A DNA stretch of 64,000 nucleotides from Eledone cirrhosa (GCA_964016885.1 OZ024744.1:25606001-25670000), one strand, 5' to 3'. Counted from the first letter of the stretch, positions 1 to 11,967 are shown. Notes: a model not told the origin generated them from the letters alone. A program made the numbers and translations.

Positions 1-545
<545 letters not shown>

Positions 546-596
546 GAAAGAAGCAAATAAGAAAGTTATGAAAATTGACTTACTTACTAAAATTTC

Positions 597-675
597 ATTC
601 CAACTAATTAGTTTCTATAAGGGGATAAATACAGTTATGTAATACCTGTAGAGAAGCCTTACGTCATCAGGGAGT
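597..675 (-). ncRNA. Type I hammerhead ribozyme-like motif (left palindrome arm)
   Basis: Minus strand reads ACTCC-CTGATGA-cGTAAGG...CCTTATa-GAA-ACTAATTAGT-T-GGAAT. Core CUGAUGA/GAAA is intact, stem III is palindromic, and the triplet is GUU. Confidence 0.6.
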
Positions 676-980
676 CTATTCTCAGCTAAGCCACCAGGCA
701 ATGCGGGGACACTGGAAACTTATATAACAATAATTCAGTGGATGGAAAAAAGCGAAAAAGGCGAGCGGGGCTAGATTCCAAGCCATTGCAAAATTCACTG
801 CCTTCTTGGTCAAGTGGCAAATTCAAAAGAATTAATCACGTGACACTGAAGAAGGCAGTGAATTTTTCAGTGGCTTGGAATCTAGCCCCGCTTGCCTTTT
901 TCGCTTTTTTCCATCCACTGAATTATTGATATATAAGTTTCCAGTGTCTCCGCATTGTCTGGTAACTTAGCTGAGAATAG

Positions 981-1059
981 ACTTCCTGATGACGTAAGGC
1001 TTCTCTACAGGTATTACATAACTATATTTATCCCCTTACAGAAACTAATTAGTTGGAGT
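981..1059 (+). ncRNA. Type I hammerhead ribozyme-like motif (right palindrome arm)
   Basis: ACTTC(981-985)-CTGATGA(986-992)-cGTAAGG...CCTTACa-GAAAC(1041-1045)TAATTAGT-T-GGAGT(1055-1059). Stems I, II and palindromic stem III all pair; C.A mismatch at the base of stem II. Confidence 0.65.
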
Positions 1060-1223
1060 GAAATTTTAGTAAGTAAGTCAATTTTCATAACTTTCTTATT
1101 TACGTCTTTCATATAATTGTTCTGCATTCCCCTGCATAGAACTACAAAGTTACTAAGACAAAACATACATATCTGCTAGCATAGGTATGCATCTGTATAC
1201 TTTTATCGGTAGATATACTAATT

Positions 1224-1280
<57 letters not shown>

Positions 1281-1282
<2 letters not shown>

Positions 1283-1466
1283 TAAGTTATTTCGGGTTGA
1301 ATCGGAGGTAACCACAGTATGTAAGGTACTCAATACATAGCAGAGTATAAAAGTTATAATATAGATGAGATTCTCCAGGACTAGAACTGTTTCATTCTTT
1401 TGAAATCATCATGATGATTTCTAAAGAATGAAACACTTTTAGTCCTGTAGAATCTCATCTATATTA

Positions 1467-1471
<5 letters not shown>
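1281..1471 (-). mobile_element. PLE 3' end with 120-bp fold-back palindrome (1352-1471); same family as 6487-6620
   Basis: 1290-1411 aligns with 6487-6612 (shared GGAGGYAACCACAGTAWGTAAGGTACTCAATACATAGCAGAGTATA and ACTAGRACTGTTTCATTC). Palindrome centred at 1411/1412 with no loop; flanked by (TA)n. Confidence 0.7.
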
Positions 1472-1546
<75 letters not shown>

Positions 1547-1550
<4 letters not shown>

Positions 1551-1740
1551 AACGAGTATGAGCTCAAGCCGTTTCGACGACTAATTCTGCACTAAATTTA
1601 GTCCAGAACTAGCCGTCGAAACGGCTTGAGCTCAGCTGTCGGGGTCCTACTCGTTCCTATTACCCACTCTACTACACTAAGTATTGAGTACTTTGGTGCG
1701 TTATAGTCCATCTGGTTCCTTACCACATTTCCTTCGTTAT
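1547..1740 (+). mobile_element. PLE 3' end with fold-back palindrome (1547-1659); same family as 3624-3768
   Basis: 1597-1738 aligns with 3624-3768. Inverted arm 1547-1596 is centred at 1596/1597. Contains the 3' half of an HHR (GAAACGGC..GCTGTC). Flanked by (TA)n. Confidence 0.7.
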
Positions 1741-2004
1741 ATATATATATATATATATATAAACAATGAGTTATATGATTTGTTGATTATTCAACATAGT
1801 TAATTTGCAACAGATTAGAAGCATTCAACGAATTTATCCGGAGTATTATAGTACGCTTTCGTCAGATAAAATACAATAATTGGTGTAAAGATTGTGACAT
1901 ATCTTTATGTGAACTTCATGTTATAAGTTCAGTGAGGATAGTGAAGATATTTTTTTTAAATTCATGGGAAATATGCTAATGAGTATTACGTTAAATGTGT
2001 GTGT

Positions 2005-2232
2005 GCGGTAGTCTGGTAGACCGTTGACGCTGCACAGAAGACCTGGCAACCAGGTCTTACCATTCCACTCCGCCTTCCTCATGGTTGTACCCAGCTTCAT
2101 ACCTGACCATTCTGGATTATTATCATCCCATCTCTTTCTCTCTCTGACTCTCTTCCTCCTTGTACTGTTTCCTGCAGGACACTCTTGGCAAGGCCTGAAG
2201 ATCATGTCAAGTGTCCGTACCATCTCAAGATT
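2005..2232 (-). mobile_element. Decayed RTE-clade LINE, 3' end of RT ORF
   Basis: Frameshifted minus-strand translation LRWYGHLT*SSGLAKSVLQETVQGG...KRWDDNNPEWSGMKLGTTMRKAE...LVARSS...QRSTRL matches the recalled RTE C-terminal pattern (WYGHVxR...ILQGTVxGxRxRGRxxKRWxDNI..WTG). Confidence 0.8.
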
Positions 2233-2394
2233 GGGTGAAAAAGGGCGAGAGGCGAGAGAAAATGCGGAAGCAGCGTGGTAACTAACAGAGAGAGGAAAGA
2301 GGGAGAGAGGGAGAAAGAAAGGGAAAGAGATAATAGCAACAAAGTAGATAAGGAGAAAGAGAGAACAGATCACAGCAAAAACTTAATAAAATTT

Positions 2395-3239
<845 letters not shown>

Positions 3240-3242
3240 TGC

Positions 3243-3522
3243 TACTCATTCTCCCTATGTCCGAATTCGTCGGGTTTATAAGTCTGATGGATCGTTTGCG
3301 GTCGAAGTCGGATTTGTGGTCCTTCAGTGTGAAATAGGGAGTCCGTGGGTCGAGTGGTTCAGTGCGGTCTGCGACCCCGAGGCTAGAGGTAATTTGTTGT
3401 CCCTCTAGATTTATGTCCTCGATAATTGAGTGCTTAGCCTTTTTATAGGAGGAGTTTAGGCTGCTCCTGATCAGTTCGTGGTATCTGTCCGGGTTGACGA
3501 AATACAGGTTTCTGTGTCCGCT
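3243..3522 (-). pseudogene. Penelope-like element reverse transcriptase, N-terminal fragment
   Basis: RNLYFVNPDRYHELIRSSLNSSYKKA...IN.E...L..ADR...FTLKDHKSDF....IRLINPTNSDIGRMS resembles the recalled PLE RT motif series (ADKxxNxY / YKK / TLKDHK / RLINPxxSxIG). GCG GAC (AD) lies frameshifted just upstream. Truncated at both ends. Confidence 0.75.
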
Positions 3523-3764
3523 ACAAATTTTGACCAATCCCCTTGACAACTACAATCTTTCCATATAAGGAAGTACCCTTGAAAAGTTCGGCTATTTATT
3601 TACCAGACTAAAAATACTCTTACTTTAGTCCAGAATTAGCCGTCGAAACGGCTTGAGCTCTGCCGTCTGGGTCATACTTTCTCCTATTACCCACTCTACT
3701 ACCCTATTAATTGAGGACTCTGGTGCGTTATGGTCCATCAGGTTCCTTACCACATCTCCTCCTT

Positions 3765-3768
<4 letters not shown>
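3523..3768 (+). mobile_element. PLE pLTR-like segment with degenerate hammerhead (3575-3672)
   Basis: ACCC-TTGAAAA (decayed CTGANGA)-G..CGGCTA...GACTAAA/TTTAGTC...TAGCCGTC-GAA-ACGGC-ttgagctct-GCCGT-C-TGGGT. CCAAT at 3534 and ATATAA at 3563 upstream; ends in (TA)n. Confidence 0.6.
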
Positions 3769-3824
<56 letters not shown>

Positions 3825-3882
3825 GGGTTTAGGATAGTGGTTAGGGCGGAACAAGAGGAGAAAAGAAGAAAGGACAAAGAAT

Positions 3883-3921
3883 CCTTCGTCAGCTGTAAAT
3901 ATCCACAATCATATGTTTCGG
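3883..3921 (-). ncRNA. Possible type II (permuted) hammerhead, degenerate
   Basis: Minus strand: CC-GAAACATATG-A-TTGTGGatatTTACAG-CTGACGA-AGG. Both core halves and a stem I hairpin are present, but the U of the NUH triplet appears missing. Confidence 0.4.
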
Positions 3922-4402
3922 CGCTGAATTACACCGATCGGGAGCGCCCAAGGCCTTTTATTAATCAAAAGGCCAGGAGAAAAAGGAGAGAGAAAGGAGA
4001 GAAAAAAGAGAGAAAAGGGGAGAGAAAAGGAAGAAGAACAGAGGGAGGGATGGTGAAAAATGGAAGAAAAAAGGAGAAAAAGAACAGGGGAAAATAAGTG
4101 AACAGATCCCATCGTGGAAAGACACAGGACAAAGAAAGAAGCAAATGAGTAACCGTTGAAAATAGGGAGAGTAAGTTGTAGCCAACCTGGTAGACGTGAG
4201 CCTGGTGTTAGGCTCAAACTTGAAGACGGTATTACTTGTGTTGACTCTCTAGTAGACGAGAGAGAGAGTGAGAGAGAGACATGAGTAACCGAAAGTGAGA
4301 GGGGGAAGGGAAAGGGAGATAATCGAAAAGGGGTTTTTACGACGGTGGTAAAAACGTGTCGCAAAAGATTGCGAACAGAGAAGTTTTTACGACATGTGTA
4401 AA

Positions 4403-4478
4403 CATGTCAACAATCAAAACCGAACGGATGGAGATATATATATATATATATATATATATACCATCCTTATATATATAT

Positions 4479-4524
<46 letters not shown>

Positions 4525-4538
4525 ATATATATATAAGG

Positions 4539-4581
<43 letters not shown>

Positions 4582-4608
4582 ATCCGTTCGGTTTTGATTG
4601 TTGACATG
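4403..4608. repeat. ~206-bp palindrome built around (TA)n tracts
   Basis: 4403-4432 is the reverse complement of 4579-4608, and 4463-4482 is the reverse complement of 4521-4540. TA runs lie between the arms. Confidence 0.9.
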
Positions 4609-4725
4609 GGTGTCCTTTTACGTCATGGATCACAGGCCTCGCGCACCAGGACTGAACAAAGTCTGATTCACCGCCTTGGGTCCTAATCCCCTCTTGGACA
4701 CAACTCACCTCCCCAATTTCTCTAA
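4603..4725 (+). pseudogene. PLE GIY-YIG endonuclease C-terminal fragment
   Basis: DMGVLLRHGSQASRTRTEQSLIHRLGS*SPLGHNSPPQFL* fits the recalled PLE terminal pattern R...EQ.LI..LG.L.P.G.N; one in-frame stop. Confidence 0.7.
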
Positions 4726-5259
4726 TACCTCGTCCATTATCACACCCCTAGATTCCTATCACTTTCTCTCGATCATTAACCCCTTCTCTTACAACTAATA
4801 CAGGCCGACTATATATGCTCACTCCACTTTACCCTTCACTGCTCTGTATACACACATACACACCCTTATATTAATATACTTTTGCTCATAGCTTCGTACT
4901 TACATGCACACACACTCTTTTACTCACATATACACACACATTTCTTCTTAGCTTCGTACGGACGTATAATAACACACACATACACACGCACACTCAAGCA
5001 CGCACGCGGCGCACACACACATACACACGCTTACGCACGTGCACAAGTATAGCTCATTTTACAAAACGGTTTTTTCCTCCATTTCAGGTAGACGCCTGCC
5101 ATCATCCATTTTTCTAAAAAATAAACCATACACAAAACTCCAGCACCAACAGTTTTGCAAGAGATGTCAACACGAATGAACCTGTTATTTTTTATCTAAA
5201 GACATTTTTTTACAATTCCAACCCGCCCGTCCCCTCAATCTATTTTATTTCTCATTCTT

Positions 5260-5296
5260 TCTATCTAACGAGGGAGCAGCGTCGGAAACGTTAAGA
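5260..5296 (+). ncRNA. Highly degenerate minimal hammerhead remnant in the putative 3' region of the PLE at 4603
   Basis: CTAACGA(5265-5271; cf. CTGACGA)-GGGAGCAGCGTCG-GAAACGTT(5285-5292). The stems pair poorly, so support is mainly positional. Confidence 0.3.
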
Positions 5297-5380
5297 CCCT
5301 CTTGCTGCTATATCAAACGTTAACCTAATATATCCCTTCCATATACTTTAACGATTGTGTTGTTATTTCTGTTTACCTTT

Positions 5381-5459
5381 TACATACATACATACATACA
5401 TACATGCATACATACATACATACATACATACATACATACATACATACATACACACACAC

Positions 5460-5532
<73 letters not shown>

Positions 5533-5540
5533 TATATACA
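5381..5540. repeat. (TACA)n + (TA)n microsatellite
   Basis: Direct reading. Confidence 0.97.
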
Positions 5541-6258
5541 TAACTGAGTATTTGTGTGGGGGGAGGATGTGTGTGTGTGCCTGAATATGAGTGAGTGAAT
5601 ATATTTTGAAATAGTAATATCGCAAAGAATCCGTCTACAACTCACTAGGTTGTATTGCCTAAGAAATATATTACTGATGCTGTGTGAAGAAGTCGTGTAG
5701 ATAATTGCATAATAAGATGAGTTTGTGATAAAGACTGACACAGAAATGCGTATTACAACAACATGCACAATAACGATAATTGCATAATTAAGTGGATTGC
5801 TTAATAATAATAATAATTATGGAGACGTAAAATTATTATTTATTATTATTATACTCCATCAAATACTACCCAGGCGATCGCACATCACGATTAGAAAGAT
5901 ACCGACGCCGTTGAGTGCTTGAATTAACCTACACCATTATTTATTGATTAGAGTGATGCAACACCAACTAGGATTATATTTGTTGCAGTTAAATATGCAC
6001 TTAATTATATGGGTTTTTAAGGCTTTCACCATCAGGAAATAAAGGAAAACATGGATTTTCACACAACAGCTTATATATCAATGACTTGTGTAAAGAGAAT
6101 GTTTATGTATAGGGTGTAAGGTGGGGAAACTAGCATACAAAGGTGCTCGGATAGGCAAAATCAACACACACACACACATACACACCTACCTATACACACG
6201 CACAGACACACCCAGACACACACACATACAGACACACCTACACACACATACACATACT

Positions 6259-6291
<33 letters not shown>

Positions 6292-6374
6292 CAAGCATGA
6301 GACTAATATATATTTTCACTGTATTGTCTGTACTATCTGTATTTCACTGTATTGTCTGCTATGTTGTTTTCCGT

Positions 6375-6450
<76 letters not shown>

Positions 6451-6486
6451 GTGTGTGTGTCTGTGTGTGTGTGTGTTTGCGTATGT

Positions 6487-6720
6487 ATTCCGGCTTCAGT
6501 CGGAGGCAACCACAGTAAGTAAGGTACTCAATACATAGCAGAGTATATACAATATTTAATACAGAAATGTTTCCTACTGGACTAGGACTGTTTCATTCAA
6601 AGGCAATCATCAGGAAAGCCAACTGTCATTATGGTATGGTGGTATTTATACGTTTTTTTGGTGGAAGGGGAAGGTGGTGATTGGCATGGAAGGAGGTGAT
6701 TGGCTGATGGATTTAAATAA
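6487..6720 (-). mobile_element. PLE pLTR-like segment with hammerhead motif (6570-6617)
   Basis: Minus strand: TTTC-CTGATGA-ttgcctttgaat-GAAAC-agtcctagtcca-GTA-GGAA. Homologous to 1290-1411; stems II and III are weak. Confidence 0.6.
6643..6703 (-). promoter_or_regulatory. Putative Pol II promoter of pLTR (2x CCAATC + TATAAATA)
   Basis: Plus-strand GATTGG at 6679-6684 and 6698-6703 and TATTTATA at 6643-6650, ~30 bp upstream of the HHR core on the minus strand. Motif match only. Confidence 0.4.
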
Positions 6721-6885
6721 CATGGATTCTTTGAACAAACTATATTTAGAGATATATACACATCAATACAAAGACACATATGAAAAGTATTCACACTTAA
6801 GTAGCTATTGACAAACACCCACATACGGACTCCCACACCTATTTCAGGGTTGATTTATTCAAAGCAAACAAAGGAATTTCATTAA

Positions 6886-7078
6886 CCCTTTAGTTCTCTC
6901 ACCTCTTTCTGTTCAAACCAACCGTAACTGACCACTCATACTGACGTTAAGGTATTGTTCTCAAAATAAATAATACCAAAATCTCATAGATTCGATATTA
7001 TGTGAGATAATTATGTGAGGTAAAGCCTTAGCCCTGAAAATATAATAGTATATATAGAGTAGTGTAAATGTGAAAGGG
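6886..7078. mobile_element. piggyBac-type MITE (copy 1)
   Basis: TTAA|CCCTTT ... AAAGGG|TTAA termini (TTAA at 6882-6885 and 7079-7082). The interior aligns with 11377-11597. Confidence 0.8.
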
Positions 7079-7599
7079 TTAAGTGGCTATATTTCTGTCC
7101 GCCGGGGCTGTGGGGAGGCCAGCGCGTGGGACCCCATTTTCTCACCATACACATAGATGGGGAGGGCGAGAGAGATGGAGGCCATGACAGTGGGAGTTTG
7201 GCTCTTCCACGTTCGGACCATATCTCTGTGGTTGTGTTCATTATCTATAGAGTTAATTCTATTAGTCGATAAATTAATACCTAACAAGAGGTAATTCCTT
7301 TACATGGTCTGCTGAAGAACGTTTGGTATCAATAGATTGTTGACACTCTCAGACTTAAGGAAGGTAAAGTCTGCATATATGTATAAATATAAATGAGAAA
7401 GTTGAAACTTTGTAGAATTGGAGCGATTAGAGAATAATGCCCACTATTGGATAGCAGATCGAATCCGCCAATCAACTACCCTATATAACACCTCCAATCA
7501 GTTCTTTTGGTTTCTTTGACGGAGTCCACACTATTGCAAAATTTGTTCCATTTCCGTCTAAATCTTTTTGTTTGACATAGACAGAGACAGAAATATGGT

Positions 7600-7703
7600 G
7601 GGATGACAATGTCAATTATACGGGTTTCACCTCAGATGAAATGCAAGGTGGAATTTGAACCGGAACAAATACCGCAAAGTATTTTACTCTAATGATTCTA
7701 CTA
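7600..7703 (-). mobile_element. Highly decayed SINE copy
   Basis: GATGAAATGCAAGGTGGAATTTGAAC...AAATACCGCAAAGTATTTT resembles the adjacent SINE copies with deletions. Confidence 0.5.
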
Positions 7704-7731
7704 AGCGACCATCCTTGTTCTTTCAACTAAT

Positions 7732-7913
7732 AATTGTTTCTACTTTTGGCACAAGTCCAGCAATTATCCCAGTACATTACTGGTACTTTATTTTATCCAC
7801 CCCTTAAGGATGAAAGGCAAAGTTAACCTCGGCGGGATTTGAACTCAGACTATAAATGGGCGTAACTCTATGCTGCAAAGCATGGCGTCCGACCTTCTAC
7901 CGATACTGCCAAT
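7732..7913 (-). mobile_element. tRNA-derived SINE (octopus-like family)
   Basis: Minus strand has A-box-like TGGCAGTATCGG and B-box GAGTTCAAATCCC, followed by GCCTTTCATCC...ATAAAATAAAGTACCAG and a CTTGTGCCAAAAGTAGAAA tail. Several related copies occur in the window. Confidence 0.8.
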
Positions 7914-7926
7914 CCCCCCCCCCCGA

Positions 7927-8136
7927 TTTCTACATTAGGCGCAAGAGCAGTAATTTAGGGGAGAAAAATGTCGATTATATTCATGCCAGTACTCGACTGA
8001 TACTTTACTTTACCGACCTCAGAAGGATAAATGGTAAAATTGGCATTGGCGGTATTTGAACAAAGAATGTAAAGAGTCAGAAAAAATAATTCAGTGGTAT
8101 TTTTATCGGACACTTTACCAATTCTGCCAATTCACC
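7927..8136 (-). mobile_element. tRNA-derived SINE, same family, more diverged
   Basis: Colinear with 7732-7913 (CCAGTACTCGACTGATACTT...GGATAAATGGTAAA...ATTTGAAC...TTCTGCCAATTCACC). Confidence 0.75.
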
Positions 8137-8212
8137 TCCCCTCTACCCTCTAATAATAACTAGATACTTCAAATAGAACCACAATTCTGTTGTATAAAAT
8201 CTTCCCTATTGC

Positions 8213-8371
8213 CAGTGCCAGATTTACCATTGTGCTGAGGTGTACACAGAACCCTATTGACCAGGGGTCCTATCTTCCTGCCAAAAAATAATTTTACGAT
8301 GAATTTTCCAAATGTTTGAGGCCTCATAACTTAACTAGCACAATGCCTCATTAGTCCTAAATCCAGCACTA
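8213..8371. mobile_element. Probable hAT-type MITE
   Basis: Imperfect TIRs CAGTGCCAGATTTA / TAAATCCAGCACTA. The flanking 8-mers CCTATTGC and CCTATGAT look like a decayed 8-bp TSD. Confidence 0.5.
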
Positions 8372-9428
8372 CCTATGATACCCGACCGCCAAGATTTAAC
8401 AATGCCATCTGGCTCCATTCGTAATCCCTAAAGATTTCAAGTTTGCTAGTGAGCCTAACTGCAGCCACTGTCATATAAAGACAAAAGGTGTGTGGTATGC
8501 AAACAACTAAAGTGTTTACATACTAACCTCGCGAAATTAACCTCAAAACTCCCGTAAAAGTGGAGACACTACATTCGCTCTATGGCTGAGTTAAAGAAAC
8601 CTTTAAAAAATGTATTCACTTTACGGCTTCTAACTGCTTCAATCTGGTCGCCATATTATCGAGGAAAAACAAAAATATATAACCATGTCGAAAATGTCTC
8701 TTAATTCACACAGGATGAGCTAATTTCCACATTTATGTTAGTTGACCTGCTGCTGTAAGATGACTAATATACCAACATAGCATTTATATACAGAAAAAAA
8801 TTACGTCGACAAAAAAGAGTAACTTAAAAAGTAGTTAGAACGACACCCGTGAACTGTTGTCAGCAATATGAGGTATATCCTTTACGTCTCAAAAACGCCA
8901 GATTATACATATATATATATATATATATATATTAATATATATATATTAATAGGTGTGTGTGTCTGTATGTGTGTATATATGTATTTATAAATGTAAGCGA
9001 GTTTGAGTTTATGTATTTATGTATCTACGTATGTATGTACATATGTGTGCGCATGTAATGAGTGTATGTGTGGGTTTGAGATGTATTGCAATCATTCTAG
9101 CAATATCCGTACAGAAACACACACACACGCTCACGCGCACACATACATACACACACATATACATTCACACACACATACATATGTACATATATCGCCGCGC
9201 TTATTGACATGGCGCCGTGTTTATTTTTGACTGCGTTATATTTGTGTTGACATTAACAAATGGACGAGAAAAATGTACATCGTTATTTGATGTAGACTTA
9301 GAGAAGTCTAGAAGACACACATTAAACATACATTTACACCCAATCACATATATACACCAGATATTTAAAAAAATACACACACTAAAAAATTATTACTCAC
9401 ACTCAAACATGTATAGCAACACTTACAG

Positions 9429-9976
<548 letters not shown>

Positions 9977-10254
9977 AGAGAGGAGTATATATGGATCTAT
10001 ATGTATATATATATGTATGTTCCTTTCTTTAAATATATTTTCACCAACAGAGAGAGTCGGTTTCTAACTTAGAAACAAGGCTCTCTCATTGGAATTTTGA
10101 CGTTAACCAGGTAAATAGGTATGCATATCTGTATGTGTGTGTGTGCGTGTGTGAGTGTGTGTAGGTATGGATTTGATTGTATGTGTGGATGTGTATGCCT
10201 TTAGTTACATGTGTAAATGTTTCTGTGACCTACATGTATAAATTAATTTATTAC

Positions 10255-10352
10255 ATTGGCAGTATCGGTAGAGGGTCGCATGCCATGCTTTAAAATATAG
10301 AGTTACCTCTTTTGGGATAATTGCTAGCCTTGTGCCAAAAGTAGAAACAATT
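10255..10352 (+). mobile_element. Internally deleted SINE copy
   Basis: Matches both ends of the reverse complement of 7732-7913 but lacks the B-box and central domain. Confidence 0.75.
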
Positions 10353-10491
10353 TATTCTATGCTGAATTTTTGGAATGTTTTACATATTTTTACTGTCCCA
10401 TTAATGGATTGTAATTTCCTAACTAGCCGTGTTCTTTATGTTTTTGTGAAGCCCAGCTTCTCAAGATGTGTACTAAGATAGTTAGTGACAA

Positions 10492-10950
10492 ATTTATTCT
10501 CTCCAACGTCGCCGTCAGCGCTACATTATCTGTATGATGTGGAAAATATTCCGTCAGCATTGCCCAAATGATGTTGGCATCACCTTTAATGTACACCCAA
10601 GGCTTTGGCCCCGTGCTATCTTCCCACGACAAAAATCTCACTCGCATCTCATAACAACAATACGGCACAATTATTTCACCTCGATTGGCCCAGCTCTCTT
10701 TAACATTACACCAAATCACTTTAAAACAGAAACAGACCCCATCAAATTCAAGAAGTCTTTGGACAAATTCCTTCAAGAAATCCTGGATAAACCTCCTACA
10801 CCCGGATATGTCTCTGTAAACAACTGTCTACTCGAGTGGGCCATGGTGTCCAAATTCTGATTTGAAAGAGTTTGCCTGGTGGTGCTATTAAGTTAGACAT
10901 GGCCTGGGCCAATACTGGCCGAAACCTATCAAAGAGCCTCAATGTAACTT
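10492..10950 (+). mobile_element. 5'-truncated CR1-group LINE: RT C-terminus (10492-10860) plus probable 3' UTR
   Basis: Open frame IYSLQRRRQRYIICMMWKI....PN...R.NYF...GPALFN..P......FKKSLDKFL....D.P matches the recalled C-terminal pattern of CR1/L2-group RTs. The UTR end is approximate. Confidence 0.8.
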
Positions 10951-10975
10951 TTTTGTTGTAAAGACCGTATTTTAA

Positions 10976-10979
10976 CACA

Positions 10980-11043
<64 letters not shown>

Positions 11044-11210
11044 TATATATATGTATGTACACATATATATATATATGTATGTATGCATGTATGTATGTCC
11101 GTATATGTATGTGCATGTATATATAGATATAAGTGTGTCTATGTCTATATGTATACATATATATATGTATGTATTTATGGGTATGAATGTGCATATGTTT
11201 TTATGTATGT
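10976..11210. repeat. (CA)n followed by degenerate (TA)/(TATG) microsatellite
   Basis: Direct reading. Confidence 0.93.
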
Positions 11211-11376
11211 AGTATGTTATAAGTAATCGATAGGTCGATAAATAAACGATGCAACCATGTGCAAGGTAAAGCAGTGTTGTCGAAATGACGTGACTGAGTT
11301 TAGATAATCAAATAATATACAGTAATAATAATATATCGAAAATATGAAAAACGCAATCCCTGAAAGTAACTATTAA

Positions 11377-11597
11377 CCCTTTAACATTTAAACGGGCCAT
11401 ATCCGGCCAGAATTCTCTCACCTCTTTCTGTTCAAGCCGGCCATAACTGGCCACTCATACTGATATTAAGGTATTGTTTTCAAAACAAATAACAACCTCA
11501 TGAAAATCTCGTAGATTCCATATTAGGTAAGATAATTATGTGAGATAAAGCCTTTACCATGAAAATATAATAATAGAGTAATGTAAATGCTAAAGGA
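11377..11597. mobile_element. piggyBac-type MITE (copy 2)
   Basis: TTAA|CCCTTTAACATTTA ... TAAATGCTAAAGGA|TTGA. Homologous to 6886-7078, which lacks ~30 bp near its left end. Confidence 0.78.
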
Positions 11598-11871
11598 TTG
11601 AACTTTAAATTTAAAACAAATATGAAAGCCACGAGCTCAGAACGTTTACTATGAGAGTTCTTTACACTATAAGCGACGTTTAAGTCCTTAAGTATGAGGA
11701 TGGAAAAATAATAAATACCATGTAACACAAAAAACTTGGTTTCGTTCATTTAAGCTAAATTCTACCGTCCATGTCACATTGTTTTAGCCTTCTTCAACAT
11801 AACACTTTCTACAATATATACTCTACACAATGCTTCAAGCAAACTACAACATTCTATTACTGAAATAATGG

Positions 11872-11967
11872 ATCTAGGCAAAAGATCAAAATCTTTGGAG
11901 AGAGGAGGGTCATTTAGATAGACCTCAGTGCATTACTGGTACTTTAATTTGTCGACCCCGAAAAGGA
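11872..11967 (-). mobile_element. SINE 3' half
   Basis: CAGTGCATTACTGGTACTTTAATTTGTCGACCCCGAAAAGG resembles the central domain at ~7769-7810. Confidence 0.65.

Larger units (their letters stand above)
541..1227 (+). mobile_element. PLE terminal-repeat (pLTR)-like segment with inverted 5' duplication (575-bp palindrome 541-1115)
   Basis: 541-807 is the reverse complement of 849-1115 with scattered substitutions (symmetric coordinates sum to 1656). The right arm continues as unique sequence to 1227. (TA)n on both sides; each arm carries an HHR core. Confidence 0.75.

Noticed and set aside
738-929. 63-aa ORF across the palindrome centre
   Set aside because: Short, non-ATG start, lies across an inverted-repeat axis, and has no recognisable domain.
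1810-1870. CTGACGA on the minus strand as another hammerhead
   Set aside because: No correctly placed GAAA or pairing stems found.
3711-4364. Lys/Arg/Glu-rich and Ser/Phe/Leu-rich ORFs
   Set aside because: Products of a purine-rich low-complexity tract, probably a retroelement UTR.
10050-10087. Hairpin GAGAGAG..GTTTCTAA-C-TTAGAAAC..CTCTCTC
   Set aside because: Short and isolated with no ribozyme core; probably a fragment of a dispersed repeat.
10423-10776. 117-aa minus-strand ORF
   Set aside because: Antisense shadow of the LINE RT fragment on the plus strand.
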